From assembly GCA_003990765.1 (NCBI GenBank), contig RBNJ01000078.1, positions 1-43,292 on the forward strand: a DNA stretch of 43,292 bases. The letters are read 5' to 3'. The position numbers were made by a program, and so were the translations under genes. Origin of the DNA: Jimgerdemannia flammicorona. Taxonomy: Eukaryota. A model generated the notes under the pieces. It saw nothing but the letters and a program-made list of their open reading frames with translations, was not told the DNA's origin and ran no database searches. This document shows, one piece after another, positions 26,568 through 40,000 of this stretch (positions are counted from its first letter, which is position 1; each line of letters opens with the position of its first letter).

Positions 26568-27881
<1,314 letters not shown>

Positions 27882-28343
27882 GCGGAGTGCCTGTGTATAT
27901 AAACGGATGTAAAGAAAGAATGGCGAAGATTGTTGCACGGAATGAAAGTTGCCCGCGGCGTGTTCATATTCACTGCTACCTTGACAATAAAGTATACATA
28001 GAGTTGAACATGAAGCTCTGAAGGAGTATGGTAAATAAATCGTGTGGGATAAGCTCGCAGCTACAGTTTAGTCAATGTTACTACAGGCTTGTCAGTAAAT
28101 ACAAAACCATCGTTTCGCTTGCGATAATGGTAGAAGGGTCAAAAATGCCGTGCCATATGTTGGGGATACATGATGGGGTTGATGTTGATGCACAGGTCTG
28201 TGACGTGTTTCGTGGTGGCACCGAACCTTGTGCGCGTGCTTTTTTTTTCTTTCGGGTTGAAAAGATTGCGCCGCACGAGTTTTGCTGTCGTTGCAGTCGC
28301 GTCCTCCTCCGTTCACCCTCCTGAGAAACATACTTATCAAGCC

Positions 28344-31300
28344 ATGGATCTATCCACAGTCTACCAGTTGTTCGTGGCAACTTATCACCCAGACCCCAAC
28401 GTGCATAAGCAAGCAGAGCTCAGCATTAGAGGGGTACGTGTCTAATCTGTCCGGAACGAGCGCAGTTCGATCTCTTCAACCTTTTCGGTGACTTTCCGAG
28501 ACCCCTGACCACACGTACAAACCCTTTGAATTCGCCGTGGACAGATTGAAGCCACACCGGGATTTCTCCCGGTAGTTTTGCAGATTCTTGGATCTGAAGA
28601 ATCTGAGCTCGGTGCGCGCCAGGCTGGTAAGTTTGAAGCCGCGGTTGCGCCGAAGAAGGACGGGGTAGTTAGCAGGAAACGAGGTATAAGATAAGGGAAG
28701 GCAGGGGGATATCTCAGTGTGGTAGCGTGATAAAAGGATCTCGGGTGCCTTGCTTCCCAAAAACAAGTCGAACAGGACAACTATACCTGTCGGTGAAATG
28801 TGTCCTTGAATTCGGCTGTAAAAAATGGCGCTATGTGAAATATAAACGACAGGTTTCTGTATCGCTTCTCATACTCACTGTCGTCCCGCGTCGCAAATCC
28901 TTTATTTAATGCTTACAGCTGCCATTTATTTTAAGAATCGCCTTCATAAATCTTGGGATGAGGCCAAGCAGAGTCCTAATCCCATTAACGAGCAGGACCG
29001 TAATGTTGTGAAGCAGGCAATCTTACAGGCTTTGATAACCGCACCCAACGCCGTGAAGTACGTGCATTAAGGGGTTCTTTTTTAACATTTGACTTTCAAA
29101 GACATGATAGAGAACATTGATCGGCATGCAGATTCTCAATGATCGCCTTTTCTCCGTACTCACGATAGGGTTCAACTTACCTCTTCACTGAACACGATCC
29201 TTAACAACGATTTTCCGGACCAATGGCCAGATTTTTTGAGCCAAGTTCAAACCGCACTCCAATCAAACGATGTTCGTTTGATTTACGTTGGTCTACTCGC
29301 CCTTCGCGAGGTTGTAAAGGTGTACCAGTGAGTATCCGCGTACATTGAAATACTCATTTTGTGACAAAATCGCACTTCTAGATCGCGGTCCATTACATGG
29401 TTATTATATAATCGTTGATATCTAATGCTTCCTTCACTTCGTATGGTATCAAAGATGGAAATCGGTCGAAAAGCGTGATCCTCTCAGCAACATTGTCAAG
29501 GCCACATTTCCTACGATCCAGAATATCGCTACGGGTCTCGTCAGCATTGATACCTTGGAAGCTGCTGAAATGCTCAAGACAGCCTTGAAAATCTACCATA
29601 CTGCCATTCACGTATGTATTGTGTCCGTTATGCCACTCGAGTGTGCAAGATTGGATTTGATGATATTAGATGCGGTGTTCATAACTTCCTGCTTGATCCT
29701 GGGCCCGATCACGCTTGGATACATGTAGATGGATCTTCCAAAATGCCTGCAGGAGCCCGCGTCCCTCGTTCCCTGGGGTACGATATTTGTGCAATTGGTC
29801 GATAAGCATGTACCGCAAGAGGGCCTTCCAGCAGATTCCGAGGAACGGGAGAAGTATCCCTGGTGGAAAGCAAAGAAATGGGCCTACCATTGTCTAAATC
29901 GTCTCTTCGGAAGGTTTGTGTCTACGGAATATACGAATCGTTTTAGCAATTCCGTGCATGAGACAATATGGTGTTCCTGATGTACGCTGTGATTACGTTT
30001 TTCCTAGGTATGGCAATCCCGCGCAATTGCCACAGAGCAACCAAAAGTACCAAGCATTTGCCAAGAACTTCATCACCAATTTCGCGCCCAATATCCTCCA
30101 CATGTATCTGAAGCAAATTGAACTGTGGATCAAGAAGGAGAACTGGATGAGCCAAAAGTGCTTAGCTCTCACAGCAGCCTTCTTTAGTGACAGGTCCGTT
30201 ACCGCTAAGCTTTCCTAACAAACAACGGTGTAACTGACTGATATCATTGAGAACACAACAGCACAAGCATCCTCGCCATGAAATTTAAGGATCTATCTCT
30301 GTCAAATTATATTTTTGCATTGGATCAGTGTTAAGCACAAGACGACGTGGCAAATCTTGAAGCCTCATACGGAGACACTCGTCTCCCATTTCATCTTCCC
30401 TCAGCTGTGCTTCTCGCAAGAGGATGAGGAACTCTGGATAGAGGATCCCGTTGAATACGTCCACAAAAAAGTTGGTCAGTGACTGCATCTCCCCCATGTT
30501 TAAATTTGCAAAAAAAAAAAAAAAAAAAAAAAAACCTTATTTGGTTTCTATGGCTAATCTATCTTCAACGATGCTCACATTCATATTCCTTTCAATATTA
30601 GATCCTCTGGAAGATTTTCATTCCCCAGTCACGAATGCGATCAATTTTCTCATCGACTTGGCCCGAGATCGCAAGAAGCACACTTTCATGGGTATCCTCG
30701 GATTTGCGAACAATATTTTGAGCAAGTATGTTTTACCGTACATCTTTCTTGTATAATTCAAGATATTTTCCTATCCAGGTAGGCTTCCCAAAACGGTGCT
30801 CATATCGTGTGTTTTATTAGGTACTCTGAGTCACCATTGGAAGCAAAGCTACCCAGGGAGAAAGATGGCGCCCTCTGCATGATCGGGTGCCTCGCGGAGT
30901 TGATCCTACGGAAGGTTGGAGAGTATACCCTCACTAAAACAGTGTGCTTTGATATCCACTCGGAAATTATCTGATCCATGGTCCATTGTGGAATTGTTAT
31001 GTAAGCAGAAATCTCCTGTCAAGTCCATGATGGAGCAATTCTTTGTCACTCACGTGTTCCCAGAGTTCAAAAGTCAATATCCATTTTTGCGGGCCAGGGT
31101 TCGTACTTTGCGTGCTGACTCGTACATAATATCTGTCATGAATTTTTATCTCATCGCCAACTTCTTAACTCTGTATATTGAAATAGGCTTGCCACATGAC
31201 AAATCAATTCAGCGATTTGGATTTCAGCAATCCGCAGGTATATGTCCTAGGTTTTCGCCTGGTATTGATGAATCTGCACAAAGCTAAAATTTTGGGTCGT

Positions 31301-34177
31301 CTCTTCGATGGTGCCAGAATCTTGCTGCGTTGTACCAGAGTGTCCTTGATGGTCTGCGCGATTCCGAATTGCCTGTCAGAGTTGAAGCTGCTTTAGCTCT
31401 GCAGCCCATGATCCGTCATGAATCTGGTATGTTTTTGTGTGCTACAATAACAACTAATTCAACAAAATTACGCTAACTGGGACGCCTATTTCGGCATCAA
31501 TATTTCACAGTGAGGAATGCCATGATTCCCAGCTTACCGTTTATCATGCAAGGTTTGTCATAGTCAATATCTTCTAGATAATGAATAGGCCCAGAAATTT
31601 ATTCACTCTGCTTTAATGATATAATAGAGCTTCTCAACTTGACGAATGAGATCGACGTGGACACTCTCGCCAGCGTTATGGAGGAATTTGTGGAGGTGTT
31701 TGCCGAACAACTGGCACCATTCGCAGTTCAGCTATGCTCGCAATTGGTAACATCGGCTGAAGGTGCTTGTAATTATATCACCCAAAACATTGTATATGCA
31801 ACAGCTTCTGATCGTTGTGCCGTCCTATTGTTTTGTAGCGTGATACCTTCCTTCGTATCATGGAAGACGTCACAAACGCGCAGCACAAGATCACTGAGGA
31901 AGAAGCGCTAGATGGTTCTATCGACCTTGATGAAATGGGCGATAAGACCATGGCTGCAATGGGGGTCTTGAAAACAATAGGCACCTTGATCTTGAGCTTG
32001 GAGAGCACGCCCGATGTAAGAAAGTCTATCAACAATTCGATGATTGTTGATTTGTTTCTTATTCACTGCCTTTTCATCAAGCCACGTCTTGTGCTCACTT
32101 CTGGACTCTCTCCCCTTCGCCCCCTCTCCCCGGCCGAATATGGACACATCTTTTTAGGTTCTTCAACAGCTCGAGAATGCTTTGCTGCCGGTTATCAAGT
32201 TCACATTGGAGAATTCAATCATCGGTGAGACATCAGTGTTCAGTTCTTTTATGGTAAAACTGTCTAGTGCATTTATTGTCATCTTGAAAGCAACTAAGCG
32301 TACAACTCCAACGAATTAAACAGATCTCTATGACGAGGTGTTCGAAATCATCGATAGTTGTACCTTTTCCAGTAAGCAAGTTTCTCCTACCATGTGGAGT
32401 GTATTCGAACTCATCTACATGGCTTTCAAGGAGTCTGGCATTGATTTCATGGACGGTAAGATTTTAGGGGTTATGTAACTATCAGTGACACTGTGGGTTT
32501 GTAAATTCCATTTGATGAGTGTTCCTAACAAGCTTGATTTATAGAAATGCTCCCAGCTCTCGACAATTACATCTCATATGGACGGGAGGTCTTCATGACC
32601 AATGAGAACATTCAGCGGATGATTTTTGATATTATAGAGACTGTAAGCGTCCCTTGCCATCTTGACGAAATTGCCCTTCTTCCGGTCGGCTTCGCGAAAT
32701 ACTCATCCATCTTGTAACTTTCAGGTAATGAAAAGCGATCGCCTCAATGAAAGCGATCGGGTTTGTGCATGTAAGCTAATGGAAGCTGTCTTGCTAAATT
32801 GTAAAGGCCGTGTGGATCAGGTATGTGTTTTGCTCAGGATATTACACCTGTGAGCATGATATGTCGCATTTTGAACCAGCTTTAACAGTGTTTCTTTGAT
32901 CGCAGCATGTTCCGGCTTTTTTGAACCTTGCTTTTGGGTATATTTCAACCAATAATATGAAGGGCACTGAATTTAAAGTTCACTGCCTGGAGGTGGTTAG
33001 TATTGTGTTTTCTCTCATTTTTCTGTTATTAGTCATTGAGTCATGTAAAAAAAATTGTTAATGCGAACACCACTACTCCATTTACAGGTGATCAACGCTC
33101 TGTATTACAACCCACTGCTGACGCTACGAATCCTTGAAGAAAATCAATGGACTCAAGGCTTCTTTACGTTATGGTTCCAGACCCTTGAAAAATTTTCCAG
33201 GGTTCACGATAAAAAACTTGTCATCGTCGCGTTGTGCTCGCTACTTGAGTTGCCCGCCGCCCAGTTACCGGCATCCCTGCAGGCAGGCTGGTCAGAGGTG
33301 CTAAACGGCATTGTGAACGTTTTCAAGACATTACCACGGGCTGTTGAGAGTGAGTTTTGCGTCGTTCTCTCTCATCAATGTATCAGATTTCCATCCATCT
33401 TTGTCGACCCAGCTCCTGTTCGTTTGCATTGCAGACCGCGAGCAACTCGAGAAACTATATGAAGAGGGAATTGATAGCGAAGATGATCTTGATGATGAGC
33501 TCAAGGAGGGTGGAGGATCAAGTGTGGAAGGTGACGCGGACGATGAGGAAGTAGACGAAGATGGTGCGTATTTTCTCGTGAATTGTGTTCTATCAAGATG
33601 TCTCTTGACGTGGTCAGACGGTAGCTATGACATACTAACTTGTTTGCAAATGGAAATGCGTGCACAGACGATGAAGATGTACATGACGAAGACAATGAAT
33701 ATCTCGAATATTTGGCTCAACAGGCGAGTTATTCCTGATAGACGTTGGTGAACTATGATATGTCCTGGTTAGATTTTGCACGTTTCTCAATTATTAACAG
33801 CACTTGCTGCAACGTCATTTCTTAGGCTGCAAATTCCTCACAGACTGAGGACGAAGAATCAGACGAAGAAGGTATTCAAGAGGAAGTACTATTTGAGTCG
33901 CCACTGGACGAAATCGATCCCTACATTCGGTTTGAAAATGCGTTCCGAGGGCTCCAACAGCACAATCCAGACTCGTACACACTTCTCACCAAAGACTTGC
34001 CTGCAGAGCAACAAAATGTTATCATGCAGATTCTGTCGAAGGCTGGTCAGTGTTCGGATTTTATTTTTTTATTTTTTTATTTTTTAATGAGTTTTCAGCG
34101 CACTGACGTTGTCGTGTATACGTTTTTCATCTCAATGTATAGATTCGAATCGTCGAAACGTGGCTGCTGCACGTTGA
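28344..34177 (+). CDS. NMD5: Importin-7/8 family karyopherin (Nmd5/Sxm1-like), many exons
   Basis: IBN_N start [75 protein letters not shown], and an acidic C-terminus. Confidence 0.9.
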
Positions 34178-34561
34178 TTGACGACACGAGCAAAGATCAG
34201 ATACGTATGGATGCAAAACTAGACCAATAGACATTACCATTTTCGACTAAACCATAGCTTAGATTGATGTATGTGACATGGCATTGGGTTTATCCCATTA
34301 AGGAAACATGTATTATGATTTTGGTGTTCATTCAGTGAAGATGTAGTGATCATATTATTTTTGTATTGAAATTACAATTTTCTTTAGTGTATCTTTTTGG
34401 CAGACTTTCATTTCAGACAATTAGATCCTGATATTATATTTCTGAATATATCTGTCAGAATGGGATCAGAAGGTCAATGTTTTTATATAATTTTCTTTTT
34501 TGAGATATTTTAGAATAGTTGGTTATGGATAGTGCTCTGAACGGATGGATTATAATACATT

Positions 34562-34604
34562 GATGATAGGCACTACATGGCATTGCTATGTAACTCCTAC
34601 TATC
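34562..34604 (-). ncRNA. Candidate omegaRNA scaffold hairpin at the element right end
   Basis: Minus strand GATAGTAGG-AGT-TACATAGCA-A-TGCCATGTA-GTG-CCTATCATC forms an extended stem-loop 15 nt after the Fanzor stop. The stem mismatches are repaired by reverting A->G. Confidence 0.5.
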
Positions 34605-34618
34605 TCCTGTATGGCTTC

Positions 34619-36058
34619 TCAGAGAAGGACCAAGGCTCCATCAAGCAATGCCCACAAGATCCTATGGACTTCATTCTCATCTCTGTCTATTACCATGCCA
34701 CATCTTTGGCAATTGTACACCTCAGACCCTCTTATCATCTGCATGTTTTCACACCAGCTATAGGTCTTGGATGTGTAGACTTCATTTTGGACAACAACAT
34801 AGATATGAAGCTCCTCTGCCTTGGAGATCAGATATTGACAGAAATGAAAGTGCCCCCATTGGAGCATTTGACAAACTGTGCAAGATCTAATCTTCCTTGT
34901 CTTACAGTTAATCATCTAGAATATCTCAAACAGAGGTATGACAATGGCATCAAACTCATGTATGAAGAATATAACTATCTTCTTGTAGATCTTGGATTGA
35001 AGACATAAGAGTTCTTATTGTATGCAGGCTGCTGCTATATTGAATCACTGAGCTTTCTTCTGCTTGTACTTCAAGTTGGATGATGCCAATTTGTCTTTTC
35101 TAAAAATGAGGTTGTCCATATGTTGGCAGAGGTGAATGATACATCTAATGTTATACTGTCTAATTTTGCCTACACCCTTTGTAGGAGAGTACTAAGTGAA
35201 TGGTATATAAATATCTGGATCAATGGCAATGGTATGAATATCCACTTGGGTTTCACAGATCTGCTTTTACATCTCATAAATCCAGAAAAATGTCCAATTA
35301 CCAGTCTTCCATAAATATGTCAGCTTGCAATTACTTATGATTTTGTGTAGTGATAGTTATTTGTTGTTCTTATGCTTCTTCTCGAAATGAAAAGGCCAGA
35401 GTATATATTGGTCTTCACATATTGAAATGAGAGACTTGTGACATTTAGAGTATAATAACATATCATAAGTATATAGATATAAAACATAAAAGCAATCTCA
35501 GAAATCCTTTGTAAAATTCTGAGTATAGATGATGATGGTCTAATCTGATTCCTTGCAAGTTCAAAAGAATAGATAATGTACTGGAGTTTCTGGTATATAT
35601 TATATGTTGTACTTGATGTTCTCATCTCTTGCTACTAGTGTCTTGTCAATGGCTTCATCAGTAATATTATCAGGTGCTTGTCTGAAACAACCTTAAAATA
35701 GTATCCTGATGCAAATAACTATCCTGCAAAACTTACACTCACCCCAGACTGCCATCTTCTGAAGTTTGGTATTCTCCTGGTCATCCTCATCTTTCTCAGA
35801 TCTCACATCATTATAGAGCTGGTATTTTTCCTATACAGGCTGTGCCTTGACTCATGTTTGCTGTACTGGTCCAATCTGACAATTCTTGCTATAACATTGG
35901 TAATGATGATTCCAGTTGATGATAGTATTAAAGGTAAATCTTACCAAACTCAGTCATCACTTGAGGAGCTTCTTCTGAGGGTGATTTGGATAAACCTTAA
36001 CCTTCAATGTGTAATTAAGAATGTCTTCTAAGCACTATTACTTATTGCACACTATCAT
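34619..36058 (-). pseudogene. tnpB: Fanzor2 / TnpB RNA-guided RuvC nuclease pseudogene (~480 codons, no frameshift)
   Basis: A single frame reads TLKVKVYPNHPQKKLLK**LSLVRFTFN (OrfB HTH), IAIDPDIYIPFT*YSP (RuvC-I DPG), MLQWGHFHFCQYLISKAEE...NEVYTSKTYSWC (RuvC-II), YNCQRCG (Zn finger) and DRDENEVHRI (RuvC-III). It has more than a dozen in-frame stops. The start ATG at 36058 is tentative. Confidence 0.9.
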
Positions 36059-36704
36059 TGCCTTTAGTTTTGTTATACATTTTTTGTCTGTTCTAGTGCT
36101 CTTGTCAATAATGAGCAGCTTATCTTCTCTGCATATAACAGATGAAGATAGTATTGATGGCAAGGATATCCTTAGTGAGCTCCTGCTCATCAGAGGTCAA
36201 CTCATTGAAGAGAACTATGAGTTTTGCAGAATAAAAGGAGAATATATATTGGATAAAGTTGAAGGCAAAACAACAGAGTTAGTCTCAGTGAGTAACCACA
36301 ATCTCCAAGACAATTCCTCTGCTTGTACATTTCAATAAGGTCTTAAGCCCTAGGTACTTGAAGTTGACACTGGAACCAATATCACTGAGAAGCTTATAAT
36401 TCAGGAATCAGGAATAGAGGAGTTCCTTCTATCACTTGAGGTTGTCTTTTTGTTTAGCACTTGATACATATATATAGAGATATTCTTTTGGGAAGGGGAA
36501 GGAGGAGGAGGTAGAGGTGGAGACAGAGGTAGAGGTGTTGTCAACATCACTAGAGGTCAATTCAGAAAAAAGAAAAGAAATATTATAAAGGTGAATACTA
36601 GAGAGAGATATCTTAGCAGTAATCTTTCCTTGTTTGAGCCAACAGTATAAGATGTCTGGTGATACCCTGAGCTTCTTAGTTGCCTGATATGCAGACAGAT
36701 GTAT
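36015..36704 (-). pseudogene. tnpA: IS607-type serine recombinase TnpA pseudogene with N-terminal MerR-like HTH
   Basis: ATKKLRVSPDILYCWLKQGKI (HTH), YIYVSSAKQKDNLK** (YARVSS..QK.DL.RQ), SDIGSSVNFK..GLKTLL, EIVVTH*D*LCCFAF (HRDRLCRF) and EQELTKDILAI..IF. The start appears eroded ATG->ATA at 36704. Confidence 0.88.
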
Positions 36705-36864
36705 GTAAAGAGAAAAGGAATAAGAATGTCTATTTGCACAATAGTGTATATACAATGTTTACTTATATATACTCACCTAGTCCTCTTAGTCAGATCTTCA
36801 TAAAATGCAAAGAAAGGTAGACTTTATTTCTTGTGGCTTATTAAGTATTACTAAGTAGAATTGT

Positions 36865-37009
36865 TATTGAGATTACAGGTTATAACTCAATATAGCACTC
36901 AATATAGATAATTTGTGGCGCAGTGGCATTGGGGTAACATCATCAATAATCGCATAAAAAGTGTGTAACATTAGGTAATCAATAAAACATTCCTCCTGAG
37001 TTTACAACA
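36865..37009 (+). repeat. 5' LTR (TA...CA, eroded TG...CA)
   Basis: Ungapped alignment to 41596-41740 with 13 transitions. Confidence 0.92.
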
Positions 37010-37079
37010 AAGGTTATAAGTCCCAATAGTGAAAGCGGATAATATATACACCTCTTTAGTATATGCTATACTACAACAT

Positions 37080-40000
37080 ATGAAGATGTCAAACCCAGAA
37101 AGCCCAAGCTCAAGTGCTGTGGCACCAAGCCCAGCAAGTAACACAAGCAGAGTGGGTACCGGTATAGGTACTATAGTCCCTCTAGTGGGTGCCCTGGTGA
37201 TTACTCTGATGGCGGCTATGATAACAAAAAGGACAATTCCTGTCTTCGATGGTAAGGATTATGCCATATGGGTGTACCATATGAGGAATCTCTTGGAGGA
37301 ATGCGGTCTAGAGGGCTACTGGAAGCTACAGGCTCAAGTAATGGGATATGATGTAGCGAAGGATCGTAAGGCATTGAGGGAGATTACATTTACTCTATCG
37401 AATAAGCAAATGAAACTCGTTATGAATGCTATGACAGTGAATGAAGCCTGGGAGACCCTACGTGATTATTATTAACAAGTATCTACGTCCAACAGATTCC
37501 ACCTGAAAAGACAGTTATTCAATCTATGGAAGAAGTCCAAGGAGAGCATTCAAGAGTATGCCAACTGTGTCAATGATCTGATGAATCAGGTGAATTCTCT
37601 TTCTATGCCAGCGGACCTTATCAGGGAGGAAGACAAGGTCCTGGCCCTTATACAAGGCCTTCCCGACATGTTTAATGTAGTTGTGTCTGCTATGTGGGAA
37701 TCCAATAAGCTCTTGGACTATAAGTACATCGTCATGAGCCTATTAAATAATAAATCGAGGCAGAACAATGGCGTAAATGAAGACTATGATGAGAAAGCAT
37801 TCTATGGCATGCATGGTCGAGGCAAAGAAAAGCCAAGTAAAGGATGAGGACAACATAATGGTCAACATGCCAAATTTGGTGGTAAGTACTTCTACTGTGA
37901 TAAGCCCGGACATTGTGTCCAAGACTGTAATCTTAAGAAGAAAGAAAAGGGAGACCAATGTGGTCAAGTAAATATCATAGACACCAACAATCAAGGTAGC
38001 AATGGAATGTTTTTTGTGGAGATAGAGAACTGCCAACATGCTGATATAAGCTATATGTCTGACAGTGCTAATGTGTATAGTGAAGAAGTTTGGCTCATGG
38101 ATTCTGGTACAATACAACATATGACAGTGCACCATGAATGGTTCTCTATATATGAGAAGTTCAAGCATCCCATACCTATCAAGCTAGGTGACAACAATGT
38201 AATCTATACTCAGAGCAAAGGAAATGTCAGTATATATCTGCACAGAAAGGTTGAAGAACCCTCAGGCACCTTTGCAGATATATTATATGCTTCAAATATA
38301 GGCAAAAATCTCTTCTCGATAGGACAAATAATGGCCCGAGGAGACAAAGGAGTAAACATACACCCAAACGGAGTAACAGTAATCAATCTAAAGAACAATA
38401 AGGAATTAATGTATGCATCAAAAAGAGGAAATCTTTATGCAATCAACAGTATACTGAACAGTACATCGGTACATTCTGCAATGGCAAACGACACCTGGCG
38501 TATATGGCATGAATGATTAGGATACATCAGCCAGACAAGCTTAGAACAGATGATGAGGAATAGCTCAGTGAAAGGATTGCCAAACTGTATATCTCCGAAC
38601 TTCTTTTGCGATGACTGCACGGTGAATAAGGCTTCTCAGAAATCTTTTCAGGAATGGATGAAGCAAGCAAATGGTATACTCGACCTTATACATATGGACA
38701 TCTGCGGTCCCATGCGTATATCATCACACTCCAGGAAGAAGTACTTCATTACTTTCATAGATAATTACACTTGTAAGGCCCATGTATACTTCCTCTCTGC
38801 AAAGAGCAAAGCATTCGAGAAATTCAAAGAATTCAAGGCGAGTGTGGAGAATGATACGAAATGTTGGATAGGGATGCTATACTTGGATAATAGGACAGAA
38901 TCCGTAAATAAGTCCTTTAAACATTTTTTAAAAGAGCATGGAATATGATATATTAGAATGGCTCCCTATATACTACAATAAAATGGCATGGTAGAATGGT
39001 TCAATCAAACGATCATCAAGATGGCCCAAATGATGATGAATGCAGCTGGCCTGCTGCAATCCTTCTGGGCCAAAGTATTGAACACAGCAGTGTATATATG
39101 TATGTAATCAATGCATTTCTCGAGCCTTATGCAAAGAGAGTGACATATAGTCTAAGAATGATAACCTTACATCTGAAGAACTGTAGAGTGGATCCAAGCC
39201 CGACGTCTCACACTTACGGACATTCAGAAGCGAGGCTTACATATTGGATAAAAGCAGAAATAGAGGAAAATTCGAGCCTAAGATGAATAAGCATATATTC
39301 CTTAGATACAATGGATCAGCATATAGACTGTGGAATATACAAAAACATAGTATAATCATCTCTTGCGATGTTCAGTTCAAAGAGAAAGCAAAGGAAGGTT
39401 GTGTGGAAATTTCTATACCATAACCAATCCAACAGCAAGTGGAATTATGCCAACAGTGAGCATGTATACTACACCAATGATTCCAACAACAATGGCACAA
39501 CCTATGCCAATGAGATTGATAGTGTAAATACCTACGAGACCTCCTGAACTGAGAATTATGGAGATTTCAGATAATAAAGAGGAAGATATCTCTCTGAAGG
39601 GTAAGAAGAAGTGCAAATCTGGGATAAATAATGAAGTCCAAGCAGATCTGGGAAATTACTGGAACCCACCCAAGTCATCTCGTCACAAATAACATTATGT
39701 GAACTATGCCTGCAAATACGCTTACATAGCAACAATCAGTGAGCCAGCACACTATGACAAAGCCATTCATTCGAATGATAAAAAGGAGTGGAAAAAGGCT
39801 ATGGACGAGGAGTATAACTCACTCATCGAGAATGACACGTAGAACTTGGTCCCTCTTCTGGCAAATTGACAAGCCATAGGATCCCGATGGGTGTATAAAA
39901 TTAAGTGCAATAGCAACAGTGGCATAGAATGATACAAGGCCCAATTCATGACAAAGAGGTATTCACAAGACTTTGAAGTCAACTCGACGAAACATTTTCC

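Larger units (their letters stand above)
34542..36780 (-). mobile_element. IS607-family element carrying serine recombinase TnpA and Fanzor2/TnpB (decayed; termini approximate)
   Basis: Overlapping tnpA and tnpB-like frames in IS607 order, followed by a 3' hairpin. Confidence 0.85.

Noticed and set aside
36731-36776. Possible 5' UTR intron (GTGAGT donor) upstream of tnpA
   Set aside because: The only acceptor gives a ~45-nt intron in eroded sequence, which is not supportable.
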